Virus genome (UHGV): UHGV-1376965
DNA length: 64,000 nucleotides
Origin: a virus
Reading direction: 5' to 3' (one strand)
The position numbers were made by a program, and so were the translations under genes. Every line of letters starts with the position of its first letter. The first letter of the stretch is position 1. The notes below the pieces were generated by a model. The model was not told where the DNA came from. It ran no database searches and saw only the letters and a program-made list of their open reading frames with translations. This document shows positions 41,506 to 54,585 of this stretch, one piece after another.

Positions 41506-44500
41506 TTATGCGTATTGTTGGATGACGGCCAGAACGTCCGCCACGTTGTGTTTTGTCTCGATAATCCACCAGTTACCCGGGAAATCGCTGTTCTTCGCCT
41601 TCGCTGGCAGCCAGCGAGCGCCGAATTTCGCCTTGATTGCGTCTTTCGCACGGAAAAGAACGCCTTTCATGCCTGAGGCTTCCTGAAGCCCAAATACCTC
41701 GCCAGCGGCGAATTTTGGTGCGTACATCATCTTCAGGTCGGCGGTGGATACGCGATAATTCAGACCAAGAGACTGAGCTATGCTGGTGGCATCACCCTGT
41801 ATTGATGATAACTCTTCTTGTTTCTCGTTTCTGGCGGCAATTTCTTCCTCCGTGATGTTGCCAAGGGCCAGGTTTATCCGATCAGCGTCGGCCTGTTTCT
41901 CTTCATCGGTGCGTCCGGCAAGAACCGTGTTAACTCTCTGCAATATCTCCACATGATTCTTGCGCATGCTGAGCAATTCCGGCGTAACCTCGTTAAGATC
42001 CACCAGCCCAAGGATGGCAAGGTCGGAAAACATTGATACCAGGTTGTAGGTCATGCGATAGCTGAGTTGACCATAGGCTGATGGCAACTTCACCGCATCC
42101 ATTTGATAGGCATCCATAAATTTAGAGCCGTCGTTTACGACATCCGCAATTGCCGGTGTGATTTTTCCTGTGGTGGCGGCCTCCCTGATTGCTGTTACCC
42201 ACGATTGAGTCAGCGCGGCGACTGCATGATTCAGATTGGCTTTCCGTTCTGCTGCAATGCGCGCACTTGCTGCGTCCATTGCCTGCTTGATCTCGTCTTT
42301 ATTGCTGTAAATGCCAATGGTGCCAAACTGTGCTGTGGTGATCTCATAATCTGACGCCCGGAACTCATTGGTACCGAAAATGGCATTGGTGACTTCAAGT
42401 TCAGAATCCCCGTTACGAGTAGACCCCTGGCTTGTTTTTTCCGGCATTCTGGCGATCGCATCCGCTATTTTCTCCTGAATTGCTTCAGGGGATAGCGTAT
42501 CTCCGTATGACGCGATTACATCGCCATAATTGGAGCCAAACAATTCAACCAGGAATGTTTCTGCCGAACGGATCTGGCGGTTATTCCCTTCCGACATCAT
42601 ACCAAGCACCCATTTTGCAATTGACGACTTCAGCGCGCCGTCACGGCGATCCGGGTAAACCGCATGCTTCAGTGGGTCCGTATAGGTGCCAACAAAATCA
42701 ATGCTATAGCCTGACTCTGTAGTCTGAACGCCGTATGAGTCAGTGATTTTGATCATGCCGCGCTGCTGGAAACGGTAGAAATCGTCACAGGAAATGATGT
42801 CGTTAATCCCGGCGATGGAGACGCCACCACTGATTTTCTGCATAACAGCATCTTCATCGGGAGTTACATCCACCTGTTTATCCAGCGTCTTCACATCCCA
42901 GTTACCCGATTTGGTGCCTTTGAAGGTAAAGATGATCTCCACGTCTGCGCGCTGGCTGTCGAAGTCCAGCGACTTAATGCGAACGATATCACCGGCACAA
43001 TCATAGTATTGGCCTACACGCCATGAGCGATCGCCGATAACAAGGAACTCATTCGCATGGTTAACCAGATCAGGATCAACATCCAGAATGCCTTTATTTA
43101 TTGCATCCTCCACCAGCGGGCGCAGGCGTTTGATATCCGTCGCGGCCTTCTGAGTACGGTTCAATAATTTCTCATAGCGGGAGATGGCCTGAGAGATATT
43201 AGCCTTGCGCTGAATGGCGCTTTTCAACGACGCGCGATACTGTGCTAACAACATACGGTCTGTGTGATGGACGCTACCCCAGCGGGCTTTCCAGTCTGCG
43301 TTATCAGCTGCTTTGGCCATTACCGCCTGTTTGAATTTGGCGACGTCGGCGGTGGTCTTTTCAAGTTCCGCTTTGCTTCGCTCCAATTCAGCGGTAAGTA
43401 CCTCCACATCCTCACCAGCTGCGTGCTGCGCCTTGATGTAGTTCTGAAGGTCGATAGTAGCCTGTTCTTTCTGGCGAGCGCGTTTCGCAGCTTTCGCCTT
43501 ATCCATTTGAACCTGCATCATTACCAGACGTTCGCCGTCATCCTTCGCGGTATACATCTGCATTTCGATCATGTCATTGGCGTCGGCGTTCTCCATTTCT
43601 GACTTATCTGAACGGAGGATATCGGAGATCCAGCCTGCTTTACGCTTCAGCGTCTTCAGTCGGTATTCATCGAAAGACCCCTTGCCGCAGTAGTAGTGAA
43701 CGCGAACGCTTGCACGGTTGGAGCCAACTCGTGCACCGCGACCGTTACGTTGTGCGATACTGGCTGGTGTCCACGGCAACGTCAGGTGGTGGATATCCGT
43801 CGTTCCTCGATGCAGGTTGATACCCACCTCTGCCTTTTTGTTGCAGATGATGATCGGAGTCCGGCCCTCCTGGAAGTCGGCTGCAATCTTTTCCAGACCG
43901 CCCAACGACATTTCATTTTGCTGCGCGATATAGGCGTCATACAGAGCCATTTGCTCGTTGTATTTCGCTATCTGTGCATCTGTTGGTTCATCCGGTAGCT
44001 CTTTCGGCGGTTTAACCGCTTTCAGTTTCTTACCGGTTTTACCTGCCTCGGCAACCGTCTGAGCATTCAGGATCCCCACCTTTGAAGGTTCAAGGTTTAG
44101 AGCATTGCAGATAATGCGCTTGAGCTTCTGGTGCTGCGTTTTTTCATCGGTGAAGATGATTTGCTTACCTTCCGGGAAAAACTCCTTCAGCGTGGCGATC
44201 AGCTTCGCGTATTTCGGCGTAACGGGGTGAGTTACGGTCTGTTCGTCAATGCCAAACCTGGCCAGGCGATTATTCACTTCCTGCTCAAATGCTTCCGGTA
44301 CCTGCAACTGAATAAACTCGCCCTTATCTATCAGGGAGTATTGCGATTGCTGCGTGATCGAATCATCACTGTCGTCGTCTTCGCTGGTGGCTTGTTTAGG
44401 CAAACTGTCCGCCAGCTGCTGCACCGCATCGGCGTACTCCGGCAGGAAACGATAGGTGATCCTGCGATAGTACAGGTCCATGTCAGTACATACGCGGTCC

Positions 44501-47500
44501 ATATCCCTGATTATTGAGAAGATCGGACGGGCTTTCTCGTGCTCAATCACGCCGTCTTCATTGACCGAGGTCGTTACGCCATTGTTGGCTTTGGCTGCCG
44601 CTTCCGCCTGCTGACGCAATTCTTCATACGCCGCCAGTTGTTCTTCCGTAAGTGGTGCATCCTGCTGGTGTTCGTCCAGTTCCGGGATCTCCACGGTATC
44701 CTTAACGTCTTCCGCCGTTTTAAGCGTTGTCCAGCGATGGAATATGCCGCGCAGCGCATCAAGGTTTTCAAAGCCCACCAGCGCCATTTTTTCTTCAACT
44801 TCACCGCTGATTTTCTGTACCGTTTCCAGCCTGGTCTTGCCGAAGAATTTAACGAAGTCATCAGGACCGTAGATCCCCATCTTCTGCCAGTATTCCTTCG
44901 GCAGCACATGAGAAAGCATGTTGTATGCATCGATCGGGGTGTTAACGACTGGCGTTGCAGTCAGGAGAACCGGTCCGCGCCCACCATTCTTTTTCATCAG
45001 GTACGCGTTTTTAATTGCCATATCCCGCGCCGATTGCGCCACCGCGCTGGTGGGCAGATAGGCCAGTTGTGACGCTTCGCGACCATTTTTATAGCTATTG
45101 CGGTAGTTGTGACCTTCGTCAGCGATCACACTATCGAAGCCCATATCCTCAAAGTACGGATACTTCTCTGCTTTTTCGGTGCCGGTATCTGAATACTCCG
45201 ACAATACCCGGCGACGCGCGGCCTCTTTGCGGTGGGAGTCGGAGTCCATTGCGCTGGCTACGCGCCCGGCGGCAACGAAGTCATAAAGCATATCCTGTGC
45301 ATGCTCATCTACGGTGTCATCACGTAGCGGAATGCGGGCGTATTGTTCTTTGGTAAACACGACTGCACGGTAATTTGAGTGCGGGATCGCGTTCATCCGC
45401 GCCGTGATAGTGGCTTCATCTGCCAGTTTTAGGGCATCGCGCATAACTGGAGTGCCATCAGTACCAAGAACAGGTTTACCGTTCTCATCGAGCACCGGCA
45501 CCTGGCGAATCTGATCGCCATCCATCAGCACATCAAGACCGACGAACAGGTAGTTACTGAATGCCTCTTCACTCAGGAATTCTTTTGCTTCGTAATACCA
45601 GTTTTCCAGCACTGATTTAGGCACTACATACGCAGTACGGGTGGAGCGACCGTTCTCATAGTTGAACGCCTCAAGCGCCAGCGCGGTCGTAGTTTTACCC
45701 AGCCCGGTGCCGAAGCCCAGGATGCCGCGCCCATCTTCGGACAGTCGGCGCACTTCGCTATTCTGGTAATCAAATGGCTGGCGCTTACCGCTTAATCCCT
45801 TCAACCCAAGCGGATCGCCAGAGTGTTCATACGGGATATTGCTATTGAACACATCGTTGTATTTGGCAACCAGTTCATCGTAGCGATCGTGCGTCTTGAT
45901 CCACTTATTGAACTGGTCCTCAAGCAGTGCCATCTGCTCGCGGTAGCCGTTCGCCGTCGCGCTATCTTTGCCACCGATACGCGCACCATTGAGATACTTT
46001 TCCAGCTGTGCCGGGAACCCGGTCGCGTTTTCACCTGATTTACGGTCCCACTCGTAGCGGATCTCGCCTGTTTCTTTATCCTTGCGCTGGACGACACCGT
46101 ATCGGTGCCCGACGAACAGACCATCACCACCGTGATAGGTGTCAGAAACCATTTCGTCGCCTTCCAGCTGCACTGACTGCACATAGCGAAGATCCGGATA
46201 GCCGTTTTCCTGCAAAAATTCCAGAATGACGGAACGGTCGAACCAACGGCTATTGAGCTTAAAGCGGATATTCTCTGCTGGCGTCTTGATGCGCTTCTCT
46301 TCGATCGCTGCCAGCTGATTAAGGACGTTGTTCTTTACTGGACCGTCGGGGAGTGTGGCAAGGAATTCCTGTTTTGGTGCCACTATCTCGTTAATGTCGC
46401 CGCTGGTGGCGCGGGCGAACGGAACAATCCCGCCATACGGTGAAACCGCAATGCCAGGGGTGCTGGCCAATAAATTAAGCAACTCGTCATCACTGGCTGG
46501 CAGTTCGCCGGTAAACGCAAGGCGGAAATCATCGAGCTGGATTGGATCGCGAGTGAGATCACTGTAGAGATAACGCAGGGTGTCCTGATAGCTGGTGGAG
46601 TCATAACTGGCGCTGGAATCATGCGTAACCAGTTTTCCTGTCAGCTCGTCAGAAATAGTGCCATCCAGCTTAATTGCACCACGGAAAGCAAACCAGGCGC
46701 GCGCACCGCTCCCCGATAATTTCGCTATCGGACCGCGACCGGGGTTACCAAAACGGTCAATCTCTGCCTGCAAACGGGATACCAGAGAAAGGCGCTGCTG
46801 TTCGATTTGTTCAGCACTATGCCCGGCGGCCTTCATGTCCTGATATTCAATTAACATCCGGCCAATCATCGCCCCGCGATACAAGCGTTCACGGTATTTT
46901 TCAGGCTGGCTGTTAATCCAGTCCACCAGCTGCACCATATCGTCGCTGATTGATGTGGTGTACTTATCGCGGACATTTGCCATCTGGGTAAATGTCATAC
47001 CGAGACGGCCTTCTGTTGTAGTCAGGTTACGCTGAAGAGCCTCCCAGCTGTCCGCGCCATAACTGGCAACATCAATCTTCAGCTCCTTCCCTGCATCAGA
47101 TTCAATCCAGCGACCACCAGCATATTTTTGCCATACGCCATTAATCAGGCGCATTTCCCCTTCATCAACAACGTCTGCGGTCGGTGACGGTTCAGCCATA
47201 TTGAGCAAAGACCAGTCGATACGACTTTCGAAACGATGAATCAGCTTCGCTTTAAGAGCCTGGTTATCAATCTGCCCGTCGGCACGAACCTCAATACGCC
47301 CCTGGAATCCCTTCTCCTGGGTGCCATGAACAAACCGGCGACCGTCCTTTTCAAACCACTTGCCAGAAATAAACGTTGGCCAAAGCACATTTGCCGATTC
47401 AAGAGTGCTTTCATCCACCAGGGGGATTTTCTCAGCCATCTCTGCCGGATGTTTGCGCATCAGCACCACATCAACGACTGTACTGGTCCCGTTTGCGTCA

Positions 47501-48273
47501 AAAGTACCGGTAGGCAAGCGGTGAGCACCAAGAAATTCAGCTTTCCGTGATAGGCGCAGGCGTAACCGCTTCATGTTTGAACCTGAAACAATGGACGGCG
47601 GCACAATCACGCACATGAATCCGCCTGGCTTTATCTTGTCCAGCATGCGGAGCATGAAGTAAGAACCCATGTCCGTTTCTTCTGCGTAAGGCTTATCGAT
47701 GTTGCGTGTGTTATCACGACCACCGAACGGAACGTTACCCACAACATGGTCGAATGAATCGTTAGGCGTGCTTACAGCCAGCTGTTCGAACGGGGAAATC
47801 TGTACGCTGTCTTCCGGGTGTAACAGCTGGTTTATACGACCGGAAACACTGCTGATCTCAGTCGCAGTCATCACCGTACCAACCGGTTTTGTCTCATTAA
47901 AAACGCCGGTGCCCGCCGATGGTTCCAGAGTGTTACCTACGTCCGCGCCGTAGAGCTTCATGATCTCCCAGACACCTTCAGCGATCGGCTTTGGTGTGTA
48001 ATATTCGGAGACGGACCCGCCAATGCCGCCTTCACCGGTGTACCCAGCCAGGATCTGGCGCTGTTCATCTGTCAGTGTCGCGCCGTCCACCAGCGAATTA
48101 AGCAAATCTATCGCCTTCTGATTCGCCTCCCGGCGCAGTCGGTCATAGCTTTTGCCTTCCACCTTTTCCACGCCGTATTTAATCGGCGCTCGGTGAGATG
48201 TTATTGCCCTAATGTATTTCAATATTTCGCTGACACTTGAACAGCGAAACACCCCAATAGATAGCTTGTTCAT
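41506..48273 (-). CDS. darB: DarB antirestriction protein (N6-adenine methyltransferase plus helicase domains)
   Basis: 2255 aa; MTase-like VVGNVPFGG; helicase Walker A GFGTGLGKTTT and DEGHNYRN; size matches P1 DarB. Confidence 0.9.
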   Translation of the reverse strand: MNKLSIGVFRCSSVSEILKYIRAITSHRAPIKYGVEKVEGKSYDRLRREANQKAIDLLNSLVDGATLTDEQRQILAGYTGEGGIGGSVSEYYTPKPIAEGVWEIMKLYGADVGNTLEPSAGTGVFNETKPVGTVMTATEISSVSGRINQLLHPEDSVQISPFEQLAVSTPNDSFDHVVGNVPFGGRDNTRNIDKPYAEETDMGSYFMLRMLDKIKPGGFMCVIVPPSIVSGSNMKRLRLRLSRKAEFLGAHRLPTGTFDANGTSTVVDVVLMRKHPAEMAEKIPLVDESTLESANVLWPTFISGKWFEKDGRRFVHGTQEKGFQGRIEVRADGQIDNQALKAKLIHRFESRIDWSLLNMAEPSPTADVVDEGEMRLINGVWQKYAGGRWIESDAGKELKIDVASYGADSWEALQRNLTTTEGRLGMTFTQMANVRDKYTTSISDDMVQLVDWINSQPEKYRERLYRGAMIGRMLIEYQDMKAAGHSAEQIEQQRLSLVSRLQAEIDRFGNPGRGPIAKLSGSGARAWFAFRGAIKLDGTISDELTGKLVTHDSSASYDSTSYQDTLRYLYSDLTRDPIQLDDFRLAFTGELPASDDELLNLLASTPGIAVSPYGGIVPFARATSGDINEIVAPKQEFLATLPDGPVKNNVLNQLAAIEEKRIKTPAENIRFKLNSRWFDRSVILEFLQENGYPDLRYVQSVQLEGDEMVSDTYHGGDGLFVGHRYGVVQRKDKETGEIRYEWDRKSGENATGFPAQLEKYLNGARIGGKDSATANGYREQMALLEDQFNKWIKTHDRYDELVAKYNDVFNSNIPYEHSGDPLGLKGLSGKRQPFDYQNSEVRRLSEDGRGILGFGTGLGKTTTALALEAFNYENGRSTRTAYVVPKSVLENWYYEAKEFLSEEAFSNYLFVGLDVLMDGDQIRQVPVLDENGKPVLGTDGTPVMRDALKLADEATITARMNAIPHSNYRAVVFTKEQYARIPLRDDTVDEHAQDMLYDFVAAGRVASAMDSDSHRKEAARRRVLSEYSDTGTEKAEKYPYFEDMGFDSVIADEGHNYRNSYKNGREASQLAYLPTSAVAQSARDMAIKNAYLMKKNGGRGPVLLTATPVVNTPIDAYNMLSHVLPKEYWQKMGIYGPDDFVKFFGKTRLETVQKISGEVEEKMALVGFENLDALRGIFHRWTTLKTAEDVKDTVEIPELDEHQQDAPLTEEQLAAYEELRQQAEAAAKANNGVTTSVNEDGVIEHEKARPIFSIIRDMDRVCTDMDLYYRRITYRFLPEYADAVQQLADSLPKQATSEDDDSDDSITQQSQYSLIDKGEFIQLQVPEAFEQEVNNRLARFGIDEQTVTHPVTPKYAKLIATLKEFFPEGKQIIFTDEKTQHQKLKRIICNALNLEPSKVGILNAQTVAEAGKTGKKLKAVKPPKELPDEPTDAQIAKYNEQMALYDAYIAQQNEMSLGGLEKIAADFQEGRTPIIICNKKAEVGINLHRGTTDIHHLTLPWTPASIAQRNGRGARVGSNRASVRVHYYCGKGSFDEYRLKTLKRKAGWISDILRSDKSEMENADANDMIEMQMYTAKDDGERLVMMQVQMDKAKAAKRARQKEQATIDLQNYIKAQHAAGEDVEVLTAELERSKAELEKTTADVAKFKQAVMAKAADNADWKARWGSVHHTDRMLLAQYRASLKSAIQRKANISQAISRYEKLLNRTQKAATDIKRLRPLVEDAINKGILDVDPDLVNHANEFLVIGDRSWRVGQYYDCAGDIVRIKSLDFDSQRADVEIIFTFKGTKSGNWDVKTLDKQVDVTPDEDAVMQKISGGVSIAGINDIISCDDFYRFQQRGMIKITDSYGVQTTESGYSIDFVGTYTDPLKHAVYPDRRDGALKSSIAKWVLGMMSEGNNRQIRSAETFLVELFGSNYGDVIASYGDTLSPEAIQEKIADAIARMPEKTSQGSTRNGDSELEVTNAIFGTNEFRASDYEITTAQFGTIGIYSNKDEIKQAMDAASARIAAERKANLNHAVAALTQSWVTAIREAATTGKITPAIADVVNDGSKFMDAYQMDAVKLPSAYGQLSYRMTYNLVSMFSDLAILGLVDLNEVTPELLSMRKNHVEILQRVNTVLAGRTDEEKQADADRINLALGNITEEEIAARNEKQEELSSIQGDATSIAQSLGLNYRVSTADLKMMYAPKFAAGEVFGLQEASGMKGVLFRAKDAIKAKFGARWLPAKAKNSDFPGNWWIIETKHNVADVLAVIQQYA

Positions 48274-48339
48274 TGGTAATCCTTAACAAGTGACTAGTGT
48301 TAAATTCCGTTCAAACACGATGTGAATTATTCTAATTAA

Positions 48340-51070
<2,731 letters not shown>

Positions 51071-51083
51071 CCATCAAAAATAA

Positions 51084-51108
51084 CCCCGGCGGCTGCCGGG
51101 GTTCTCGT
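51084..51108 (+). terminator. rho-independent terminator
   Basis: ccccggc-ggct-gccgggg followed by ttctcgtt. Confidence 0.6.
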
Positions 51109-51114
51109 TAACTA

Positions 51115-51369
51115 TTATCGCCTTCGTCTGCGTGCCATATATTTGCGCACCGCGCGGCGTGGACAATCTGAAGCGGTTTCTTTCTGCTGCATCAATCTTG
51201 CAGCCATGCTCAAAAATGTCAGGCACAGCCGAAGCCCAGCATACAATAGCGGTTCCAGTGGCCACGTCTCATTGAGCACATATACCGCCATGAAAATCGA
51301 GTCGAAAACTATCGCCGCCAGCGATAACTTCATTGTCGAAAGTCGGCGGAGCTGCCGGAGTTTATTCAT
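51115..51369 (-). CDS. small membrane protein translationally coupled to lyz
   Basis: 84 aa, two hydrophobic segments and Arg-rich C-terminus; ATG overlaps lyz stop (ATGAATAA). Confidence 0.4.
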   Translation of the reverse strand: MNKLRQLRRLSTMKLSLAAIVFDSIFMAVYVLNETWPLEPLLYAGLRLCLTFLSMAARLMQQKETASDCPRRAVRKYMARRRRR

Positions 51370-51919
51370 TGACCAGTCCCGTCAGGCAAAGCTGGCGTTC
51401 TTTTTCACGGCGAATCTTTAAACCTCGCAGGGGCACGCCGTTACTGTTCACGAAATCAGGGAGATGGTTACACATATTCACCCATTCCCCTTTCTGCGCC
51501 CACTTGTGGATGGACGTTTCTACTCGCATGCCTCGCGCTTTGCTGTAGTAGGTCCGTAAGCTATTACATCCCATATTGAATGCCGCGCTTGTCATTGCGC
51601 TGAAGGCATTATCGGGCATGTCTTTGCCCCGGAAGTGCTGGTTAATACAGCGTTCAGCGATCAGGATATTCTTTTCCCAATCAGCGGCGATTTGCTGGTC
51701 GGTTTTTCGCACGCCAGGCATTACCCCGTGTGTATTACCAATCCCGTCAGTCCATACACCCGCCGGGCACTTGTATGGATCACGTCGGCAACCTTCAGCG
51801 TTTCCGATAAGCTCAAGCCCCGCCTGGTTGGTTCGCACATTGCCATTACCCATCACGATGGTAATCATCACCGCGATAGCGCAAATTGCACCGCCTCCTG
51901 CGGCTGTTTTTCCCTTCAT
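51362..51919 (-). CDS. lyz: SAR endolysin (lysozyme)
   Basis: Start MKGKTAAGGGAICAIAVMITIVMG (signal-arrest-release N-terminus) with GAGGT SD; lysozyme catalytic region. Confidence 0.85.
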   Translation of the reverse strand: MKGKTAAGGGAICAIAVMITIVMGNGNVRTNQAGLELIGNAEGCRRDPYKCPAGVWTDGIGNTHGVMPGVRKTDQQIAADWEKNILIAERCINQHFRGKDMPDNAFSAMTSAAFNMGCNSLRTYYSKARGMRVETSIHKWAQKGEWVNMCNHLPDFVNSNGVPLRGLKIRREKERQLCLTGLVNE

Positions 51920-52052
51920 AAAGACCTCATAAGCGAATTTTTTACGCTCCAGGACAAACACCCATTCACAGCCAATACCGACTGACTCGATCCCTTTAGA
52001 AGGCACAGGATAATGCAAATCACTTGTTAGCTACGTTTCAAAGATATACATT

Positions 52053-52069
52053 ATTGCTCTAATTAATTT
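52053..52069 (+). promoter_or_regulatory. C1 operator (attgctctaattaattt)
   Basis: 16/17 match, about 20 bp upstream of ssb. Confidence 0.6.
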
Positions 52070-52088
52070 ATTTTATTAGGTAAGATAA

Positions 52089-52577
52089 GTGGCACAACGC
52101 GGTGTAAACAAAGTCATCCTGATTGGTACCCTGGGGCAAGACCCGGAGATCAGGTATATACCAAATGGCGGAGCGGTCGGAAGACTCAGCATCGCAACGA
52201 ATGAATCATGGCGCGACAAGCAAACGGGCCAACAGAAAGAGCAAACAGAATGGCACAAAGTCGTTTTGTTCGGAAAACTTGCTGAAATTGCGAGTGAATA
52301 TTTACGAAAAGGTTCTCAGGTCTACATCGAAGGGAAACTTAAAACCCGTAAGTGGACAGATGACGCCGGTGTAGAACGTTACACGACAGAAATTATCGTC
52401 AGCCAGGGCGGCACCATGCAAATGATCGGCGCTCGCCGTGACGATTCACAGTCCTCAAATGGCTGGGGGCAATCAAACCAACCTCAAAACCACCAGCAAT
52501 ACAGCGGTGGCGGTAAACCTCAGAGCAACGCCAATAACGAACCTCCAATGGACTTTGACGACGATATTCCGTTTTGA
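52089..52577 (+). CDS. ssb: single-stranded DNA-binding protein
   Basis: OB-fold N-terminus [16 protein letters not shown], Gly/Gln-rich linker, acidic tail DFDDDIPF. Confidence 0.95.
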   Translation: MAQRGVNKVILIGTLGQDPEIRYIPNGGAVGRLSIATNESWRDKQTGQQKEQTEWHKVVLFGKLAEIASEYLRKGSQVYIEGKLKTRKWTDDAGVERYTTEIIVSQGGTMQMIGARRDDSQSSNGWGQSNQPQNHQQYSGGGKPQSNANNEPPMDFDDDIPF

Positions 52578-52774
52578 ATGTGTAAAAAACGACTGAAAGA
52601 AAAGCGGTGGTCCAAACGCCAACAAAAGCACGAACTCGCTAAAAAACGCCAAAGTTGGCAATGGCACGCGCTTTTCACGAAAAGAACACCCCGAGATATT
52701 GCTTTCGCTGGTGGGAAAACATTCCTGACCCACCTGAAGGCGCAATACATCAGGTTTTAAGCAGAGGAAAGACT

Positions 52775-53452
52775 ATGAATAACATGACAACGAAAGAGCT
52801 TTTGACGGCACTTCCAAAATACAAAAGCCATAAAACAGTTCGCGCCTCAAAAATCAAAGATATCGAAATTATCGCCCTAATGGATGTGGTCCTTTTTTGC
52901 AACATCGAAGTCGTTGAGCCAGAAGGGGTAAAAGTCCATGTTGATAAAATATTTTTGCAAAAACACCGACCAGAAATTGGCGGATATCTGGTCGCTTATG
53001 AGGACGGATCTCTGTCCTATTCACCAGAAAAAACATTTGAAGAAGGCTTTAGTCGGACTAACGACTTCTTCGAAAATGGGGTATCGCTCAGCATTGAAGG
53101 TCACAATGGGGTGACATTCATTACAGCCAGGGACGTAACTATTTCTGCTGGCGGTATCGCTACTCTACAAGAAGAAATCGACCTTGAAGCAGCCGACTTT
53201 TCTGACGCGCTGATGTGGCTGAAGGATGGCAAGAAAGTTGCCCGACGCGGGTGGAACGGCGAAAACCAATTCTGCTGGCTGGTTCCTGAAGGACAGTACC
53301 CGGCACGAATGGAAGCCATTAAGGGATATTTCCCCGGCGACCTCGTTCCGTATGGTGCTTATTTCGCCTTAAAAAATGCACAAGGTGTAGTTGTTCCGTG
53401 GGTTCCTTCTGTAGGCGACTTACTGGCATGTGACTGGTTTGTAGTGGAGTGA
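52775..53452 (+). CDS. hypothetical protein with conserved Trp-rich C-terminal module
   Basis: Start ATG with GAGGAA SD; C-terminal ALMWLKDGKKVARRGWNG ... WVPSVGDLLACDWFVVE. Confidence 0.4.
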   Translation: MNNMTTKELLTALPKYKSHKTVRASKIKDIEIIALMDVVLFCNIEVVEPEGVKVHVDKIFLQKHRPEIGGYLVAYEDGSLSYSPEKTFEEGFSRTNDFFENGVSLSIEGHNGVTFITARDVTISAGGIATLQEEIDLEAADFSDALMWLKDGKKVARRGWNGENQFCWLVPEGQYPARMEAIKGYFPGDLVPYGAYFALKNAQGVVVPWVPSVGDLLACDWFVVE

Positions 53453-53458
53453 TTTAAC

Positions 53459-54247
53459 GTGGAAAATACTAAAGCAATTCAATACCGCCTGCGTAATGGT
53501 CAGAGTGTCGAAGTGACCATCAATCATGATGGTGTGCCTGGCGAAAAGGTTTCGATCTCTGCTCTGGCTATCGAAAAAACCATCATGTGCCACCTTGGCT
53601 TTACTGAAGAAGTGAGCAAAAAGCATGGTGTAGCAATCTGGAGCGCAATGGATACTGGTATGCGCAGATTCATTACTGCTCGTACCCCAGGGATGACCAT
53701 GATGGACCTCATGCAGATTGCGCCGCTGTTTGAATGTGAGCCTTTAGATGTATTCAGCAATCCAGCTATCTGCCAGCAGCTATATGGTGAGATGAAACTC
53801 GCGGTTACCCCCATTGTGCTGCATGAAGGATCGCTTGCTGGCGTATGGAAAGTAGAGAGAATTTCAAGCTACATGCCCTTCCACTTCCATGTCAACGGCA
53901 TAATCACTGGTGAAAACCAACCTGTTTCCGTTACAAAGTCAGACCTCAAGCGCGCAATTCTTGAAGCAAGTTGTCGAGTTATCGGCCTGGGCAAACAGTC
54001 TTATGTTTCCTTCCCGGCTGGCCCTGAAGGCCCGGCAGAAATTCTGATTATGGATGCCGATCTGCTCTGGCAAATACAGTTTCTGATTGGCAAAAGCATC
54101 ATCCGCGCTGAAGAACTCGATCAGTACATTACCTGCACGATGACGGATGAAGTCAAAAGTGTGGCTATAGCCAATGCCCGGAACCTATGTCGTGCTGCAT
54201 TAACAGAACTGCAAGAAAACACCACGGAAGAAGTGGAAAGCGATTAA
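53459..54247 (+). CDS. hypothetical protein
   Basis: 262 aa; GTG start with GGAG SD. Confidence 0.4.
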   Translation: MENTKAIQYRLRNGQSVEVTINHDGVPGEKVSISALAIEKTIMCHLGFTEEVSKKHGVAIWSAMDTGMRRFITARTPGMTMMDLMQIAPLFECEPLDVFSNPAICQQLYGEMKLAVTPIVLHEGSLAGVWKVERISSYMPFHFHVNGIITGENQPVSVTKSDLKRAILEASCRVIGLGKQSYVSFPAGPEGPAEILIMDADLLWQIQFLIGKSIIRAEELDQYITCTMTDEVKSVAIANARNLCRAALTELQENTTEEVESD

Positions 54248-54276
54248 AAAAAATCCCGCCGATTGGCGGGATTTCT

Positions 54277-54585
54277 TCAATATACGATCTGGTCTACATG
54301 ATCACCAAAATCATCGTCGTCGTCCTCATCGCCACCATCTACTGCTGGCCAATCAACAAACCAGCCAGCGTAAAGATGCAGCGTTCGGAGAACATCACTT
54401 GCGGGGGCATCAAGGGTGTTAACGAATCCCATATAGCTATTGGGATTTGCTCCAGCTATGGCTTCAGCGATCATGTCCTCGGTAATGTCACCGGAGATAA
54501 TGCTTAAACGCCCGGAAACTTCTTCATTATCATCAAATTCGATAATGGCATCTCCGCCTAATGGCGCTGCGATTTTAATCTGCAT
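54277..54585 (-). CDS. small acidic protein at the distal end of the dar operon
   Basis: 102 aa, poly-Asp C-terminal tract; overlaps ddrB stop. Confidence 0.4.
   Translation of the reverse strand: MQIKIAAPLGGDAIIEFDDNEEVSGRLSIISGDITEDMIAEAIAGANPNSYMGFVNTLDAPASDVLRTLHLYAGWFVDWPAVDGGDEDDDDDFGDHVDQIVY

Noticed and set aside
41506-48273. Many plus-strand ORFs of 60-180 aa inside darB (for example 44539-45072)
   Set aside because: Shadow ORFs antisense to a 2255-aa gene with clear helicase and methyltransferase motifs; no independent signals.
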